The notes under the pieces are model-generated. The model saw nothing but the letters and a program-made list of their open reading frames with translations, ran no database searches and was not told the origin of the DNA. A program made the position numbers and the translations under genes. Shown one piece after another: positions 9,841 through 19,869 of a DNA stretch of 64,000 nt. The stretch spans positions 62,001-126,000 of IMG/VR virus record IMGVR_UViG_3300031787_000001. The stretch is one strand, 5' to 3'. The stretch's first letter is position 1; every line of letters begins with the position of its first letter.

Positions 9841-10944
9841 TTATTGATTTGATAGAGATAATTTTTTATCGATTATCTTACTTTTTAAATCTAATATTTT
9901 TTCTATATACCCATTTCTTCTAAGTAACTTGAATGTTAAGTTTTCATATGAGTACTCACCACCAGATTCTAAACCACTCTGTCTAAAGTTTTTTATCTTC
10001 TTATATAAGTCTTTAGTTTCTTTTGTTATATCATCACCACTTTCCATTTTAGATAATAAATCATCTATTTGCTTTCCATATTCTTCACCCTTTTGTAATA
10101 TTTTTTTATCATCTATTTTTGGATTTGTCTTTTCAGGTGTGACAACCCATTTGTTATTTAATATAGAGTAAACACCAGATGATACATGTTCTTGATGAAT
10201 ATCTTGAACGTATATTTCAAGATCAAAACCTTTTATTTTAATGTCGTGTTTCGATTTCCAAACTTTTTCTTTTGAATCAAAAAAATCTTGAACTATTTTA
10301 TGTAAGATAGTGGAATCTTCTTTTTCTTTATTATCAAATTCATCCATGTCAACTAATATGTGTAAATCAACATCTGAAAATTCCGACCAATTATAGTTTG
10401 CCAAAGATCCGGTAAGAACTATATCGTGAATAAAAAATTCAACATCAATAAAATCTAAATATTCATTGGTGATTTCCAATAGTTTTTTTCTAATGTCGTC
10501 TTTAATAACATATTCTTTCCCAACTCTACGAAATATGTTTGGACATAATGTATCTTTACTTCTAAAAGATTTAATTATCTTTTTATCAACTTCCTTGTCT
10601 TCAATTAGTTCTTCAAATAAAGATTTTTTTGGTTTTTTATTTAAAATATAATTAATCAAGTTAATCATATTTTCAGATGTAAAGCCCTGAGTACCTATCG
10701 TACCATTTGGTCTTCTAAGTAATTCTATTGGAACCAATTTAAATTCACCATCAATAATTGATGGAATATTATCAACTTTTAAAAGATTAAGTAAATTCGA
10801 CCTGTGATTACCATCTGATATGATATATGTATCGTCTGGCATTTTTGATAAAGTAACAGGATCTGTTTTTACGTATTCGTAAATTTTTTCAATTTTATCG
10901 GGATCCTCTCTTAATTTAAAAATTAGTTCTTTAAATTCACTCAT
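9841..10944 (-). CDS. Pol-beta-family nucleotidyltransferase with N-terminal ParB/Srx-like segment
   Basis: LTGSLANYNWSEFSDVDLHI (GS..DxD) and DLEIYVQD; N-terminal IISDGNHR. Confidence 0.65.
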   Translation of the reverse strand: MSEFKELIFKLREDPDKIEKIYEYVKTDPVTLSKMPDDTYIISDGNHRSNLLNLLKVDNIPSIIDGEFKLVPIELLRRPNGTIGTQGFTSENMINLINYILNKKPKKSLFEELIEDKEVDKKIIKSFRSKDTLCPNIFRRVGKEYVIKDDIRKKLLEITNEYLDFIDVEFFIHDIVLTGSLANYNWSEFSDVDLHILVDMDEFDNKEKEDSTILHKIVQDFFDSKEKVWKSKHDIKIKGFDLEIYVQDIHQEHVSSGVYSILNNKWVVTPEKTNPKIDDKKILQKGEEYGKQIDDLLSKMESGDDITKETKDLYKKIKNFRQSGLESGGEYSYENLTFKLLRRNGYIEKILDLKSKIIDKKLSLSNQ

Positions 10945-11186
10945 TTTACCTTTTTGTACTTATAAGTTTTCGCAATATTTGCGTTAAAAAACTTCCCTTG
11001 AGATTCCGCTAATCTTAATTTAGCAAAAATATCCCACGGTACTTTATTATACTCATAAATACCACCATTATTGAAAGTAATCGTCAAATCTTGACTTTCA
11101 GTATCATACAATGCTGATTTTAGATTTGATGAATTGATTTCAACTGTAATAAGTTTTCCTTCGATTTTTTCTGAAATGATTCCCAT
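10941..11186 (-). CDS. KTSC domain protein
   Basis: SSNLKSALYD...LTITFNNGGIYEYNKVP...SQGKFFN. Confidence 0.85.
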   Translation of the reverse strand: MGIISEKIEGKLITVEINSSNLKSALYDTESQDLTITFNNGGIYEYNKVPWDIFAKLRLAESQGKFFNANIAKTYKYKKVK

Positions 11187-11225
11187 AATATAGTTTTTAC
11201 TATAATATACGAAATATATGGGAAA

Positions 11226-11253
11226 TAAAAAACCCCGAAAATTTCGGGGTTTT
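11226..11253. terminator. intrinsic terminator
   Basis: aaaaccccgaaa-a-tttcggggtttt inverted repeat. Confidence 0.75.
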
Positions 11254-11256
11254 AAT

Positions 11257-11616
11257 TTAATTAAGAGAAATTAGTTTTTCCAAAGTTTTTTTCTTTGAAA
11301 TTGGTAATGTTAATTCTAACACACCATTTTCGACCTTACCTTCAATTTGATTTTCATTTACCTCATCAGGTAAAGTGTAGGTTTTTGTGAAGTTTGGTAC
11401 AAATGTCGAACCACCTTCTTTTTCAAAAGTGATTTTCAAAATACCATCTTTTGTGGTGATCTTGAGATCACTCTTGGTTAGTCCCGGTACAGGAATAGTT
11501 ACAACATAACCTGTTTCATCTTTATTAACTTTGGTTTTCGGAACATTAAGTTCTCTTTCAAATTCAAACATTTTATCAAATGCCTGAAAAAATGGGTCTT
11601 TAAATAATGTAATCAT
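11257..11616 (-). CDS. small heat shock protein (Hsp20)
   Basis: VPGLTKSDLKI, FTKTYTLP, ENGVLELTLP alpha-crystallin motifs. Confidence 0.9.
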   Translation of the reverse strand: MITLFKDPFFQAFDKMFEFERELNVPKTKVNKDETGYVVTIPVPGLTKSDLKITTKDGILKITFEKEGGSTFVPNFTKTYTLPDEVNENQIEGKVENGVLELTLPISKKKTLEKLISLN

Positions 11617-11680
11617 AATTATTAATTTTAGTAACCCATTTTCAATTTTTATACCATAAAGATACTGATGACATTTTGTC

Positions 11681-12541
11681 TTATCTTTTTATTTTGATCG
11701 GACTATTTGTCATATCAGTATGGTCATTATTTCTAAATTTAATTCTCTTACGAACTGTAGATTGATGATTGACAGTAGTTTTTTTATTTAATAATGAATT
11801 ATTACTTATATTTTCTTTTAATGATTTCTGTAGAACATTTATAATATGGAATGGGAGATTCGTTTCAGATTGTTCTATTTTTTTATCTAACTGACTCCAA
11901 TATGTTACCGAGTTATTCCTTAATAATTTATGTACTGCGGTCTTTTTACCTGTTTTCATATTAATAATGTAAATCAACATACCATTTCTACTGTAATCCT
12001 CAAAATATTGTGGAGCATCTTCCGATGCGGTACACCATTTTGTATTTGATCCATATTTTTTTGATGATTGATGTGTTAATGGTTTTAATATTAACCATTC
12101 TTCGTCTTTAAATAACACAACTATCTGACCCTCAAGTTCTTTTTCGTATTCTTTTATTTCTGCTAATGATATTGACGATTTAATCTGTGAAAAATTTTTA
12201 TATGTACTTAAATCGTTTTTTGGTATTAGATTTTTTTCATTATATTCACAAAACCTTTGAAATGATTTTAAGTCATCGATACCAATCATATTTTCCATAA
12301 ACGTATGATAAAACAATAAGTGATCTTCTGGAATATTTTTTATATCCTCTTCCGATATATTCAATTCATCATTTAAAAATTTTTTTATTTCTTTTATATG
12401 TTGTTTATGTTTTTTTTCATTTTTAATGATCCTCATCAACGTCTCAACATATTTTGTTTTTTTAACACAAAGAATAGATAAAAGATCAATAATATTTATA
12501 ATATTTTTTTCATCATTTTTTAATTCTTTTATTCTTGACAT
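11681..12541 (-). CDS. hypothetical protein, 'YG..T.WC' family
   Basis: LKPLTHQSSKKYGSNTKWCTAS, similar to segments of 44546..46105 and 49973..51823. Confidence 0.55.
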   Translation of the reverse strand: MSRIKELKNDEKNIINIIDLLSILCVKKTKYVETLMRIIKNEKKHKQHIKEIKKFLNDELNISEEDIKNIPEDHLLFYHTFMENMIGIDDLKSFQRFCEYNEKNLIPKNDLSTYKNFSQIKSSISLAEIKEYEKELEGQIVVLFKDEEWLILKPLTHQSSKKYGSNTKWCTASEDAPQYFEDYSRNGMLIYIINMKTGKKTAVHKLLRNNSVTYWSQLDKKIEQSETNLPFHIINVLQKSLKENISNNSLLNKKTTVNHQSTVRKRIKFRNNDHTDMTNSPIKIKR

Positions 12542-12631
12542 ACGTTGTTTACTATAATTATCAATTTTTGTTAATAATTGATTTTTTTTTTAATTTAAAA
12601 TAACGTATGTTTGTAGTAAAATAATTAAAAT

Positions 12632-14647
12632 ATGTCAGTAGATTTCATTGATGATGGGCAACCAACAAACCAAAATAAGAAAGGTAAGAGAAATTCTAAT
12701 ACACCTATATTAGATAATTTCTCAAGAGATTTGATAAAATTAGCACAAGAAGGTAAAATAGACCCTATTGTTGGTAGAGATAAAGAAGTAAAAAGAATTG
12801 CACAAATTCTTTCAAGAAAGAAGAAAAATAATGTTGTTATTGTGGGTGATGCCGGTGTGGGTAAATCGGCATTGGTTGAAAAATTGGCGCTATTGATTAA
12901 TAAAGGTAACTGTCCTTCAAATCTTTTAGATAAAAGAATAATGTCATTGGATTTGACATCTTTAGTTGCGGGTACCAAGTATAGGGGTCAATTTGAAGAA
13001 AGGATTAAAGCGATATTAAATGAATTACAAGAAGCACCGAATGTAATTGTTTTTATTGATGAATTACACACAATGGTCGGTGCAGGTAATGCCAGCGGAT
13101 CAATGGATGCAGCCAACATATTAAAACCCGCACTTGCTCGTGGTGAAATTCAATGTATTGGTGCAACAACTTTTGATGAATACAAAAAGAACATCGAAAA
13201 AGATTCTGCGTTAGTTAGAAGATTCCAAAAAATAATCTTACCGGAACCAACAGAAAAAGAAACTGTTGAAATTTTGGAAAATCTTAAAACATCATATGAG
13301 AATTTTCATAAAGTAAAATATGAAGATGGTGTTATTGATACTATTGTTAAAGTATCAAAAAGATTTATGACTGACAGACAATTTCCTGATAAGGCAATTG
13401 ATATTATGGATGAATTAGGTTCAGAAAAGAAAATATCTAATAAAATACCTGAAAGTGTTGAAAAATTAAAACAAGAAGTTGAGGAAATAAAACAAAAAAA
13501 ATTAGATGTCGTTAAAACACAGAATTATGAATTGGCAGCTAAATTAAGAGATACAGAAAAAACTGTTCTATCAAAATTAGAACAAGAAAAAGAAAAATGG
13601 TTGATAAACCAACAAAATAATAAAACACCAATTAGTATTGAAGATGTTTACCAGATAATTTCAAATATTACTGGTGTACCAATTACAAAATTGGATTCAA
13701 AAGAAACAGAAAAACTTTTGAATTTAGATAAAATTTTAACATCTAAGGTTATTGGACAGAATGAGGCGATATCAATCATATCTAAATGTATCAGAAGAAA
13801 TAGAGTTGGTATTAAAGATACAAATAAACCAATCGGATCATTTATATTCTTAGGATCAACTGGTGTCGGTAAAACATATCTTGCAAAATCATTGGCTGAA
13901 ATATTATTTGGTGATCCCGAAAAAATGATTCGTGTGGATATGAGTGAATTTATGGAGAAACACAATGTATCTAAATTAATTGGTTCACCTCCCGGTTACG
14001 TTGGATATGATGAAGGTGGTCAATTAACAGAAAAGGTAAAAAACAATCCATTTTCAGTTATATTGTTTGATGAAATTGAAAAGGCACATAAAGATGTTTT
14101 CAATTTGTTGTTACAAATTTTAGATGAAGGACACTTAACCGATTCTTTTGGTAGAAAAGTTAACTTCACCAATACTTTGATTATTATGACATCAAATGTT
14201 GGGGCTAAAAAAGTTTCTGAATTTGGTGGGGGAGTTGGTTTTGAAACATCTTCAACAAATAAACAAAAAGAAGAAGTTAAAAAAACAATGATACAAAAAT
14301 CATTGAAACAACAATTCAATCCTGAATTTTTAAATAGAATTGATGATGTAATCCTTTTCAATTCTTTAGACGAAAATGCACTAAAACAAATTATTGGTGT
14401 TGAATTAAATAAATTAAAAAATAGATTAACTGAAAAAGGATACAAAGTTAATTTTGACGAATCAGTATCACAAAAGATATATGAATTAAATCAACAAGAA
14501 GAATATGGAGCGAGACCCATAAAAAGAATAATACAAAATCTTTGTGAGGATTTCTTAAGTGAAGAAATTCTAAAAGGTACTATAAAAGAAAATGTTTTAG
14601 CAAATTTGAAAATTAAAGACGGAGAATTGGTAATTAGAAAAAAATAA
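12632..14647 (+). CDS. clpC: ClpC/ClpB-family AAA+ ATPase lacking the N-terminal Clp-repeat domain
   Basis: two Walker A motifs (GDAGVGKS, GSTGVGKT), FIDELH, PPGYVGYDEGG, UVR-like middle domain, C-terminal YGARP. Confidence 0.88.
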   Translation: MSVDFIDDGQPTNQNKKGKRNSNTPILDNFSRDLIKLAQEGKIDPIVGRDKEVKRIAQILSRKKKNNVVIVGDAGVGKSALVEKLALLINKGNCPSNLLDKRIMSLDLTSLVAGTKYRGQFEERIKAILNELQEAPNVIVFIDELHTMVGAGNASGSMDAANILKPALARGEIQCIGATTFDEYKKNIEKDSALVRRFQKIILPEPTEKETVEILENLKTSYENFHKVKYEDGVIDTIVKVSKRFMTDRQFPDKAIDIMDELGSEKKISNKIPESVEKLKQEVEEIKQKKLDVVKTQNYELAAKLRDTEKTVLSKLEQEKEKWLINQQNNKTPISIEDVYQIISNITGVPITKLDSKETEKLLNLDKILTSKVIGQNEAISIISKCIRRNRVGIKDTNKPIGSFIFLGSTGVGKTYLAKSLAEILFGDPEKMIRVDMSEFMEKHNVSKLIGSPPGYVGYDEGGQLTEKVKNNPFSVILFDEIEKAHKDVFNLLLQILDEGHLTDSFGRKVNFTNTLIIMTSNVGAKKVSEFGGGVGFETSSTNKQKEEVKKTMIQKSLKQQFNPEFLNRIDDVILFNSLDENALKQIIGVELNKLKNRLTEKGYKVNFDESVSQKIYELNQQEEYGARPIKRIIQNLCEDFLSEEILKGTIKENVLANLKIKDGELVIRKK

Positions 14648-14690
14648 TTTATAAATATCTTGACTTTTTGTAAAATTATATATATTTATA

Positions 14691-14798
14691 TTCTCGGAGG
14701 TTCTCTTTGTCGATTACCTTTTCGTTTTTTTTCATAAGTAAATGGGGTTGAACCCATTGAAAGACCTTAGTCCCGACATATCGTTGGGACTTTTTTTT
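14691..14798 (+). ncRNA. candidate small RNA with its own terminator
   Basis: follows TATTTATA (14683-14690); no ORF; hairpin aatggg/cccatt; terminator agtcccgac-atatc-gttgggact-T8. Confidence 0.4.
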
Positions 14799-14841
14799 AT
14801 TATATTTTGTTATTAAATTTATTTTTCGTATATTTACAGGT

Positions 14842-15021
14842 ATGAAAAAATATATGTTTATTTTGATTGTTAGTGCGATTTTCGCGTTAACATCATGTGG
14901 ATCTGAGTCAACCACAACAATCGAAACTACTGACTCTACAGAAGTTTCTGTTGATACTTTAGTACCAACAGGACAAGACACTACAGTAGAAGTAAAAACT
15001 GATAGTGCTGATGTAAAATAA
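14842..15021 (+). CDS. small lipoprotein (59 aa; not in ORF track)
   Basis: MKKYMFILIVSAIFALTSC lipobox followed by T/S/D/E-rich tail; hairpin terminator 15025-15050. Confidence 0.7.
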   Translation: MKKYMFILIVSAIFALTSCGSESTTTIETTDSTEVSVDTLVPTGQDTTVEVKTDSADVK

Positions 15022-15076
15022 AATTTGGGGGGAATATAAATTCCCCCTAATTTTGTTAAACTAAAATTCCCAATTT

Positions 15077-15502
15077 ATGGAAGAAAAAAAATATGTCGGA
15101 GATTTAATTCTTTTAAGAGGAGTACCAGGTAGTGGTAAATCTACATTAGGTAAAACAATTTTAAGATGTTTAGCTTCAGATGATCCTGACGTTATTTCTG
15201 CGGATGATTTTTTTCTTGACGAAAAGGGTAATTATATTTTTGATTCCACAAAATTAAAAGAGGCACATGCACAATCACAACAAAGATGTGCAACAAAAAT
15301 GAAAAATGAATTTTCAAGAATTGTTGTCGCGAATACCTTTACACAGAAATGGGAAATGGACGCATATTACGAAATGGCGGAAAGATACAATTACAGGGTT
15401 TTTAGTGTGATTGTTGAAAATAGACACGGAAATTTAAATATTCACGATGTTCCCGAAGAAAAAGTTGAACAAATGAAAAATAGATTTGATGTTTCTCTTT
15501 AA
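15077..15502 (+). CDS. polynucleotide kinase-like P-loop protein
   Basis: LRGVPGSGKST, ISADDFF, VVANTF; coupled to RNA ligase. Confidence 0.8.
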   Translation: MEEKKYVGDLILLRGVPGSGKSTLGKTILRCLASDDPDVISADDFFLDEKGNYIFDSTKLKEAHAQSQQRCATKMKNEFSRIVVANTFTQKWEMDAYYEMAERYNYRVFSVIVENRHGNLNIHDVPEEKVEQMKNRFDVSL

Positions 15503-16572
15503 TGTTAGATATATTAGAAAAATATCACAATGATGGTCTGTTATTAAAACAGACACACCCAACATTACCTTTAACAATTTGGAATTACTCACCAAAAGTT
15601 CAATATGATAACTTATGGGATGATGTTATTATTCAATGTAGAGGATTAGTTACCGATGTTGATGGTAATATTGTTGCTCGACCTTTTCCAAAATTTTTTA
15701 ATTACGAAGAATTAAAACCCGAACAGATACCAAACGAACCATTTGATGTTTTTGAAAAATTAGATGGGTCTTTAGGTATATTATTTAATTATGAAGGTCA
15801 ATGGGTATTTGCAACTCGTGGATCATTTACATCCGATCAAGCAAAAAGAGGATGGGAACTTCTTCAAAAATATGACTACCAAAGATTAATTGAGGATAAA
15901 ACATATCTATTTGAAATAATTTATAAAGAAAATCGTATTGTTGTTGATTATGATTATGAAGATCTAATAATGCTCGGTGTAATTGACAATATCGATGGTT
16001 ACGAATATAAAATATTTGACGAAAGAATCCATCTTGAAGGTGTTAGGTTCGTTAATATGTATAGAAATCTTGGATTTAAATTTGTTAAAAAATATGATGG
16101 TATAAAAGACTATTCAACCCTAAAAGAAATAATCAAAGATAATGAAGAGGGATTCGTTATTAGATTTCAAAATGGGTTTAGAATGAAAATAAAAGGTGTA
16201 GAATATTGTCGTCTCCATAAAATCCTAACAAACATCTCAAATAGAGATATTTGGGAATCTTTAAAAAATGGAGAATCATTAGATAAAATTATTGAAAAGG
16301 TACCCGATGAATTTTATAATTGGGTAAAAGAAACAAAAAATAAATTTGAGTCAGAATTTGATAAAATAAAAAAAGAATATGAATGGATATTCAAAGTTAT
16401 TATGAGATCGGAAAATTCAAATGAAAGAAAAGTATTCGCACAATTTGCAATAAAATACAAATATTCTTCAATTCTATTTTCTATGTATGATAATAAACCA
16501 TATAATCAAACAATATGGAAAATCCTATATCCTGAGTATTCGAAACCTTTTAAAAAAAATGATAATGAGTAA
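15502..16572 (+). CDS. T4 Rnl1-like RNA ligase
   Basis: CRGLV, RPFPKFFNY, motif I EKLDGSLG, FEII, EGFV, KIK. Confidence 0.9.
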   Translation: MLDILEKYHNDGLLLKQTHPTLPLTIWNYSPKVQYDNLWDDVIIQCRGLVTDVDGNIVARPFPKFFNYEELKPEQIPNEPFDVFEKLDGSLGILFNYEGQWVFATRGSFTSDQAKRGWELLQKYDYQRLIEDKTYLFEIIYKENRIVVDYDYEDLIMLGVIDNIDGYEYKIFDERIHLEGVRFVNMYRNLGFKFVKKYDGIKDYSTLKEIIKDNEEGFVIRFQNGFRMKIKGVEYCRLHKILTNISNRDIWESLKNGESLDKIIEKVPDEFYNWVKETKNKFESEFDKIKKEYEWIFKVIMRSENSNERKVFAQFAIKYKYSSILFSMYDNKPYNQTIWKILYPEYSKPFKKNDNE

Positions 16573-16993
16573 ATTAAAATTGTATTTAGACGATGTTCGT
16601 GTTCCAAAAGACAATAGTTGGATTCTTGTAAAAGACTATGGTGAATTTGTAAGTACCATATTAAAACATGGTTTAGAAAGTTTTGATACCATTTCTTTGG
16701 ATCACGATTTGGGTGAGACTGCAATGGCTGAATATTTTAACAATGTTTACCCAAACTATGAACTGAACTACGATAACATAAAAGAAAAAACTGGATTGGA
16801 TTGTGCGAAATGGTTGGTGAATCATTATTTGGAAAAACCAAAAGAAAATTTTACCTTTCCACTTGTTTATACTCATTCCGCAAACCCGATAGGTTCCGCA
16901 AATATTATGGGTTATATAAACAATTTTTTAAAAAACATGAGACAACCCCAAACATGTATTAGGGTACGTATTGATCACACAATAAACGAATAA
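16565..16993 (+). CDS. cyclic-phosphate-processing receiver-like domain protein
   Basis: LYLDDVR, ISLDHDLG, TGLDCAKWL, HSANPIG; start placed at ATG 16565. Confidence 0.72.
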   Translation: MSKLKLYLDDVRVPKDNSWILVKDYGEFVSTILKHGLESFDTISLDHDLGETAMAEYFNNVYPNYELNYDNIKEKTGLDCAKWLVNHYLEKPKENFTFPLVYTHSANPIGSANIMGYINNFLKNMRQPQTCIRVRIDHTINE

Positions 16994-17457
16994 TGAATAT
17001 ATTTTTTTTAGATAAAGATCCAAAAAAATGTGCAGAATACCATTGTGATAAACATGTTGTTAAAATGATATTGGAAACCGCACAATTATTATGTTCCGCA
17101 CATTGGGTAACAGGTTCACAAGCACAATACAAATTATCTCACAAAAATCACCCATGTTCAATATGGGTCAGGGAATCACTATCAAACTATTTGTACCTTT
17201 GCGAAATTGGATTGGAATTATGTTACGAATACACATATCGTTATGGTAAAAAACATAAATCACAAGAAGTAATTGAATGGTGTGTAATAAATAAAGTAAA
17301 AATTTCTGACAAAGGTATTACAGAATTACCTAAAGCAATGCCAGATAAATACAAAGTTAGTTGTCCAATACAATCATATAGAAATTATTATATTGGTGAC
17401 AAAATAAATTTTGCATCTTGGAAAAATAGAGAGACACCTTTTTGGTTTTCCAATTAA
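16993..17457 (+). CDS. pyrimidine-dimer DNA glycosylase (DenV-like) family protein
   Basis: MNIFFLD, DKHVVKMILETAQLL, HKNHPCSIW. Confidence 0.72.
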   Translation: MNIFFLDKDPKKCAEYHCDKHVVKMILETAQLLCSAHWVTGSQAQYKLSHKNHPCSIWVRESLSNYLYLCEIGLELCYEYTYRYGKKHKSQEVIEWCVINKVKISDKGITELPKAMPDKYKVSCPIQSYRNYYIGDKINFASWKNRETPFWFSN

Positions 17458-17469
17458 TTTTAAATATCT

Positions 17470-17805
17470 TTGAAAAAAAATTTAATGAAAACATACAGCA
17501 ATGACATCGTGGTTGATTTGACTAAAAATTATCAAGATTTTCGCCATTTCTATGATGAAAATAAAAGTATAATTTATAAATCAATTATTGAGATTTTCGA
17601 AAAATTTAAAACAACCAAGAAAAAAAATCTAAAACTTCTTGTTAAAGCAACAATCATGGATTTGGAATTTGAAACCGAATTCTGTTATCGTAAAAATGAG
17701 AATTTTGTATTAATGAGGGATCTAATGCCGTATTTTGAACAAATAGAAGATTTCGAGACTTGCACGAGAATAAGAGATTTAAGTAAAGAATTAAACACCA
17801 TATAA
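17470..17805 (+). CDS. hypothetical protein
   Basis: ORF within operon; UVR-like C-terminus EDFETCTRIRDL. Confidence 0.55.
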   Translation: MKKNLMKTYSNDIVVDLTKNYQDFRHFYDENKSIIYKSIIEIFEKFKTTKKKNLKLLVKATIMDLEFETEFCYRKNENFVLMRDLMPYFEQIEDFETCTRIRDLSKELNTI

Positions 17806-18155
17806 TGAAAATAATCGTTGCGGGTGGTCGTGATTTTAGTGATTACGAACTACTAAAAGAAAAATTAGACGAATTGATTGGTGAAAATAAAGAGGATCTC
17901 GAAATAGTTTCAGGAATGGCTAGAGGGGCTGATACTTTAGGGGTACAATACGCGAATGAGAGAGGTTACAAAATTAAGAAGTTTCCAGCACAATGGGATA
18001 AGTACGGAAAGAGTGCGGGTTATAAAAGAAATGAAGAAATGGCGAATTATGGTAATACTTGTATTTGTTTTTGGGATGGTAATAGTAAGGGCACGAAACA
18101 TATGATCGATCTATCAAATAAATATAAATTAAACACTATTGTTATTAGATATTGA
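17805..18155 (+). CDS. SLOG-family (DUF2493/YspA-like) protein
   Basis: IVAGGRDF, VSGMARGAD, AGYKRNEEM, FWDGNSKGTKHMI. Confidence 0.8.
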   Translation: MKIIVAGGRDFSDYELLKEKLDELIGENKEDLEIVSGMARGADTLGVQYANERGYKIKKFPAQWDKYGKSAGYKRNEEMANYGNTCICFWDGNSKGTKHMIDLSNKYKLNTIVIRY

Positions 18156-18264
18156 TCTATATTTAACAAAAAAATATTACATAAATGTCAACTAAAAAAA
18201 AGTTGACATTTTTTTTTTAATTATAAAACTTTTCAAGTATTTATTGTTGATTCCATTTTAATAT

Positions 18265-19323
18265 ATGAATAAAAATAAAGTACTTTTCATCTTAAAAAGA
18301 AAAAATAATTATGATGGAATAAAGGATTCACATGTCGGTATGAGTACCGGATTGTACAATTCGGCATCTTTTATGAACGATATGTTAAATGATTCAGGTA
18401 TTGAGTCCCATATTTCAGTCGTGATTGATAATAATTGTATTGATAGGGAAGTTACAAAATACAAACCAACACATGTTATTATTGAGGCACTTTGGGTTGT
18501 ACCGTCTAAATTTTATGTTCTATGTAAACTACACCCAAAGGTAAAATGGATAATTAGATTACATAGTGAAATACCATTTTTAGCAAATGAAGGTATGGCA
18601 TTAGATTGGTTGGGTGATTATATATTTTATGAAAATGTTTATATTGGGACAAATGCACCCAGAGCAACGAGAGAATTGAGAGATTTCATAAAACATAAAG
18701 TGAATTGGTCAAGTAAACAGATAAATGAAAAGATAATTTATCTTCCAAATTTTTATCCTCAAGAATATAAAATAAAAAAATACGATAGAAATAAAGATAC
18801 CATCGATATAGGTTGTTTTGGTGCAATTAGACCAATGAAAAACCATTTAATGCAAGCAATTGCGGCAGTTAAATTTGCTGAAAGTATAGGTAAAAAATTA
18901 AGATTTCATATAAATTCAGGTAGAGTTGAACAAAAAGGAGATGCAGTATATAATAATTTAAAAAGTTTTTTTGCACATTTATCCGATTCAGAACATCAAT
19001 TAATTAACCACTCTTGGGCACCGAGAGAAGATTTTTTGGAAATATGTGGTAAAATGGATATAGGTATGCAGGTTTCATTTTCAGAAACATTTAATATTGT
19101 TGCCGCGGATTTAGTTAGTCAGGGTGTCCCTGTAATTTCCTCGGATGAACTTCCTTGGATCAACCGTATTTTTACCGCAAAACCAACAGAAACAAGAGAT
19201 ATATATTTAAAATTATTGTTAACACATTTATTACCAAAGGTAAATTTGATAACAAACCAATATTTATTAAGGGGTTATACCAATAAGACACGTAAAATTT
19301 GGGTAAATTATTTTAAAAAATGA
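18265..19323 (+). CDS. GT-B fold glycosyltransferase-like protein
   Basis: GCFGAIRPMKN and SFSETFNIVAAD..GVPVI, GT4-type C-terminal motifs. Confidence 0.6.
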   Translation: MNKNKVLFILKRKNNYDGIKDSHVGMSTGLYNSASFMNDMLNDSGIESHISVVIDNNCIDREVTKYKPTHVIIEALWVVPSKFYVLCKLHPKVKWIIRLHSEIPFLANEGMALDWLGDYIFYENVYIGTNAPRATRELRDFIKHKVNWSSKQINEKIIYLPNFYPQEYKIKKYDRNKDTIDIGCFGAIRPMKNHLMQAIAAVKFAESIGKKLRFHINSGRVEQKGDAVYNNLKSFFAHLSDSEHQLINHSWAPREDFLEICGKMDIGMQVSFSETFNIVAADLVSQGVPVISSDELPWINRIFTAKPTETRDIYLKLLLTHLLPKVNLITNQYLLRGYTNKTRKIWVNYFKK

Positions 19324-19628
19324 CAAATAAAAAAGAAAAAAACAATAAAATGAAAAACTATTCAGGAAAAAAGAAAAAAGAAATTATAGAACACAAAACA
19401 AAAGAAAAAAATAAAGATTATTCTGTTATTATTTTTGATTGGGTTGATGGTGTTTTAGTAAAAACAGAAACATTTTTTAAAACAATAGAAGAAGCAAAAG
19501 AATTTGTTGAAACTAAAACAGGAGACATAAAAATATATAACATAGACAAACAAGTAATACATTCTGAAAAAAAAGAAAAGAAATATGCTAAAATAAAAAA
19601 TAAAGAAGATGACGATACTTACGCATAA
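19320..19628 (+). CDS. hypothetical basic protein
   Basis: 102 aa ORF. Confidence 0.5.
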   Translation: MTNKKEKNNKMKNYSGKKKKEIIEHKTKEKNKDYSVIIFDWVDGVLVKTETFFKTIEEAKEFVETKTGDIKIYNIDKQVIHSEKKEKKYAKIKNKEDDDTYA

Positions 19629-19682
19629 TTTTAATAATTAAATGTAACGTAAAAAAAAATCTCTTAAAATTTTAAGAGATTT

Positions 19683-19728
19683 TTTGTTTTAAGGAATATA
19701 TTGTTTATCTTTGTTTTGTTCTTTGACA
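19683..19728 (+). promoter_or_regulatory. Bacteroidota-type promoter followed by boxA-like element
   Basis: TTTG 19683-19686, 19 nt spacer, TATCTTTG 19706-19713, GTTCTTTGACA 19718-19728. Confidence 0.7.
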
Positions 19729-19743
19729 TTTTTGGAAATAGTT

Positions 19744-19832
19744 GCCCCGGTGGTGGAACAGGTAGACACGCAGGACTTAAAATCCTGTGGACCGAAACGT
19801 CCGTGCGGGTTCGATTCCCGCCTGGGGCACCA
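19744..19832 (+). tRNA. tRNA-Leu(UAA)
   Basis: cloverleaf, cagga-cttaaaa-tcctg, long variable arm, CCA encoded. Confidence 0.95.
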
Positions 19833-19869
19833 ATACTATCGTTCTTTGACATATAAGGAGAAACAAATT

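Noticed and set aside
19711-19869. 5' extension of ORF 19711..20235
   Set aside because: Overlaps tRNA-Leu; real start is likely ATG 19870 with SD.
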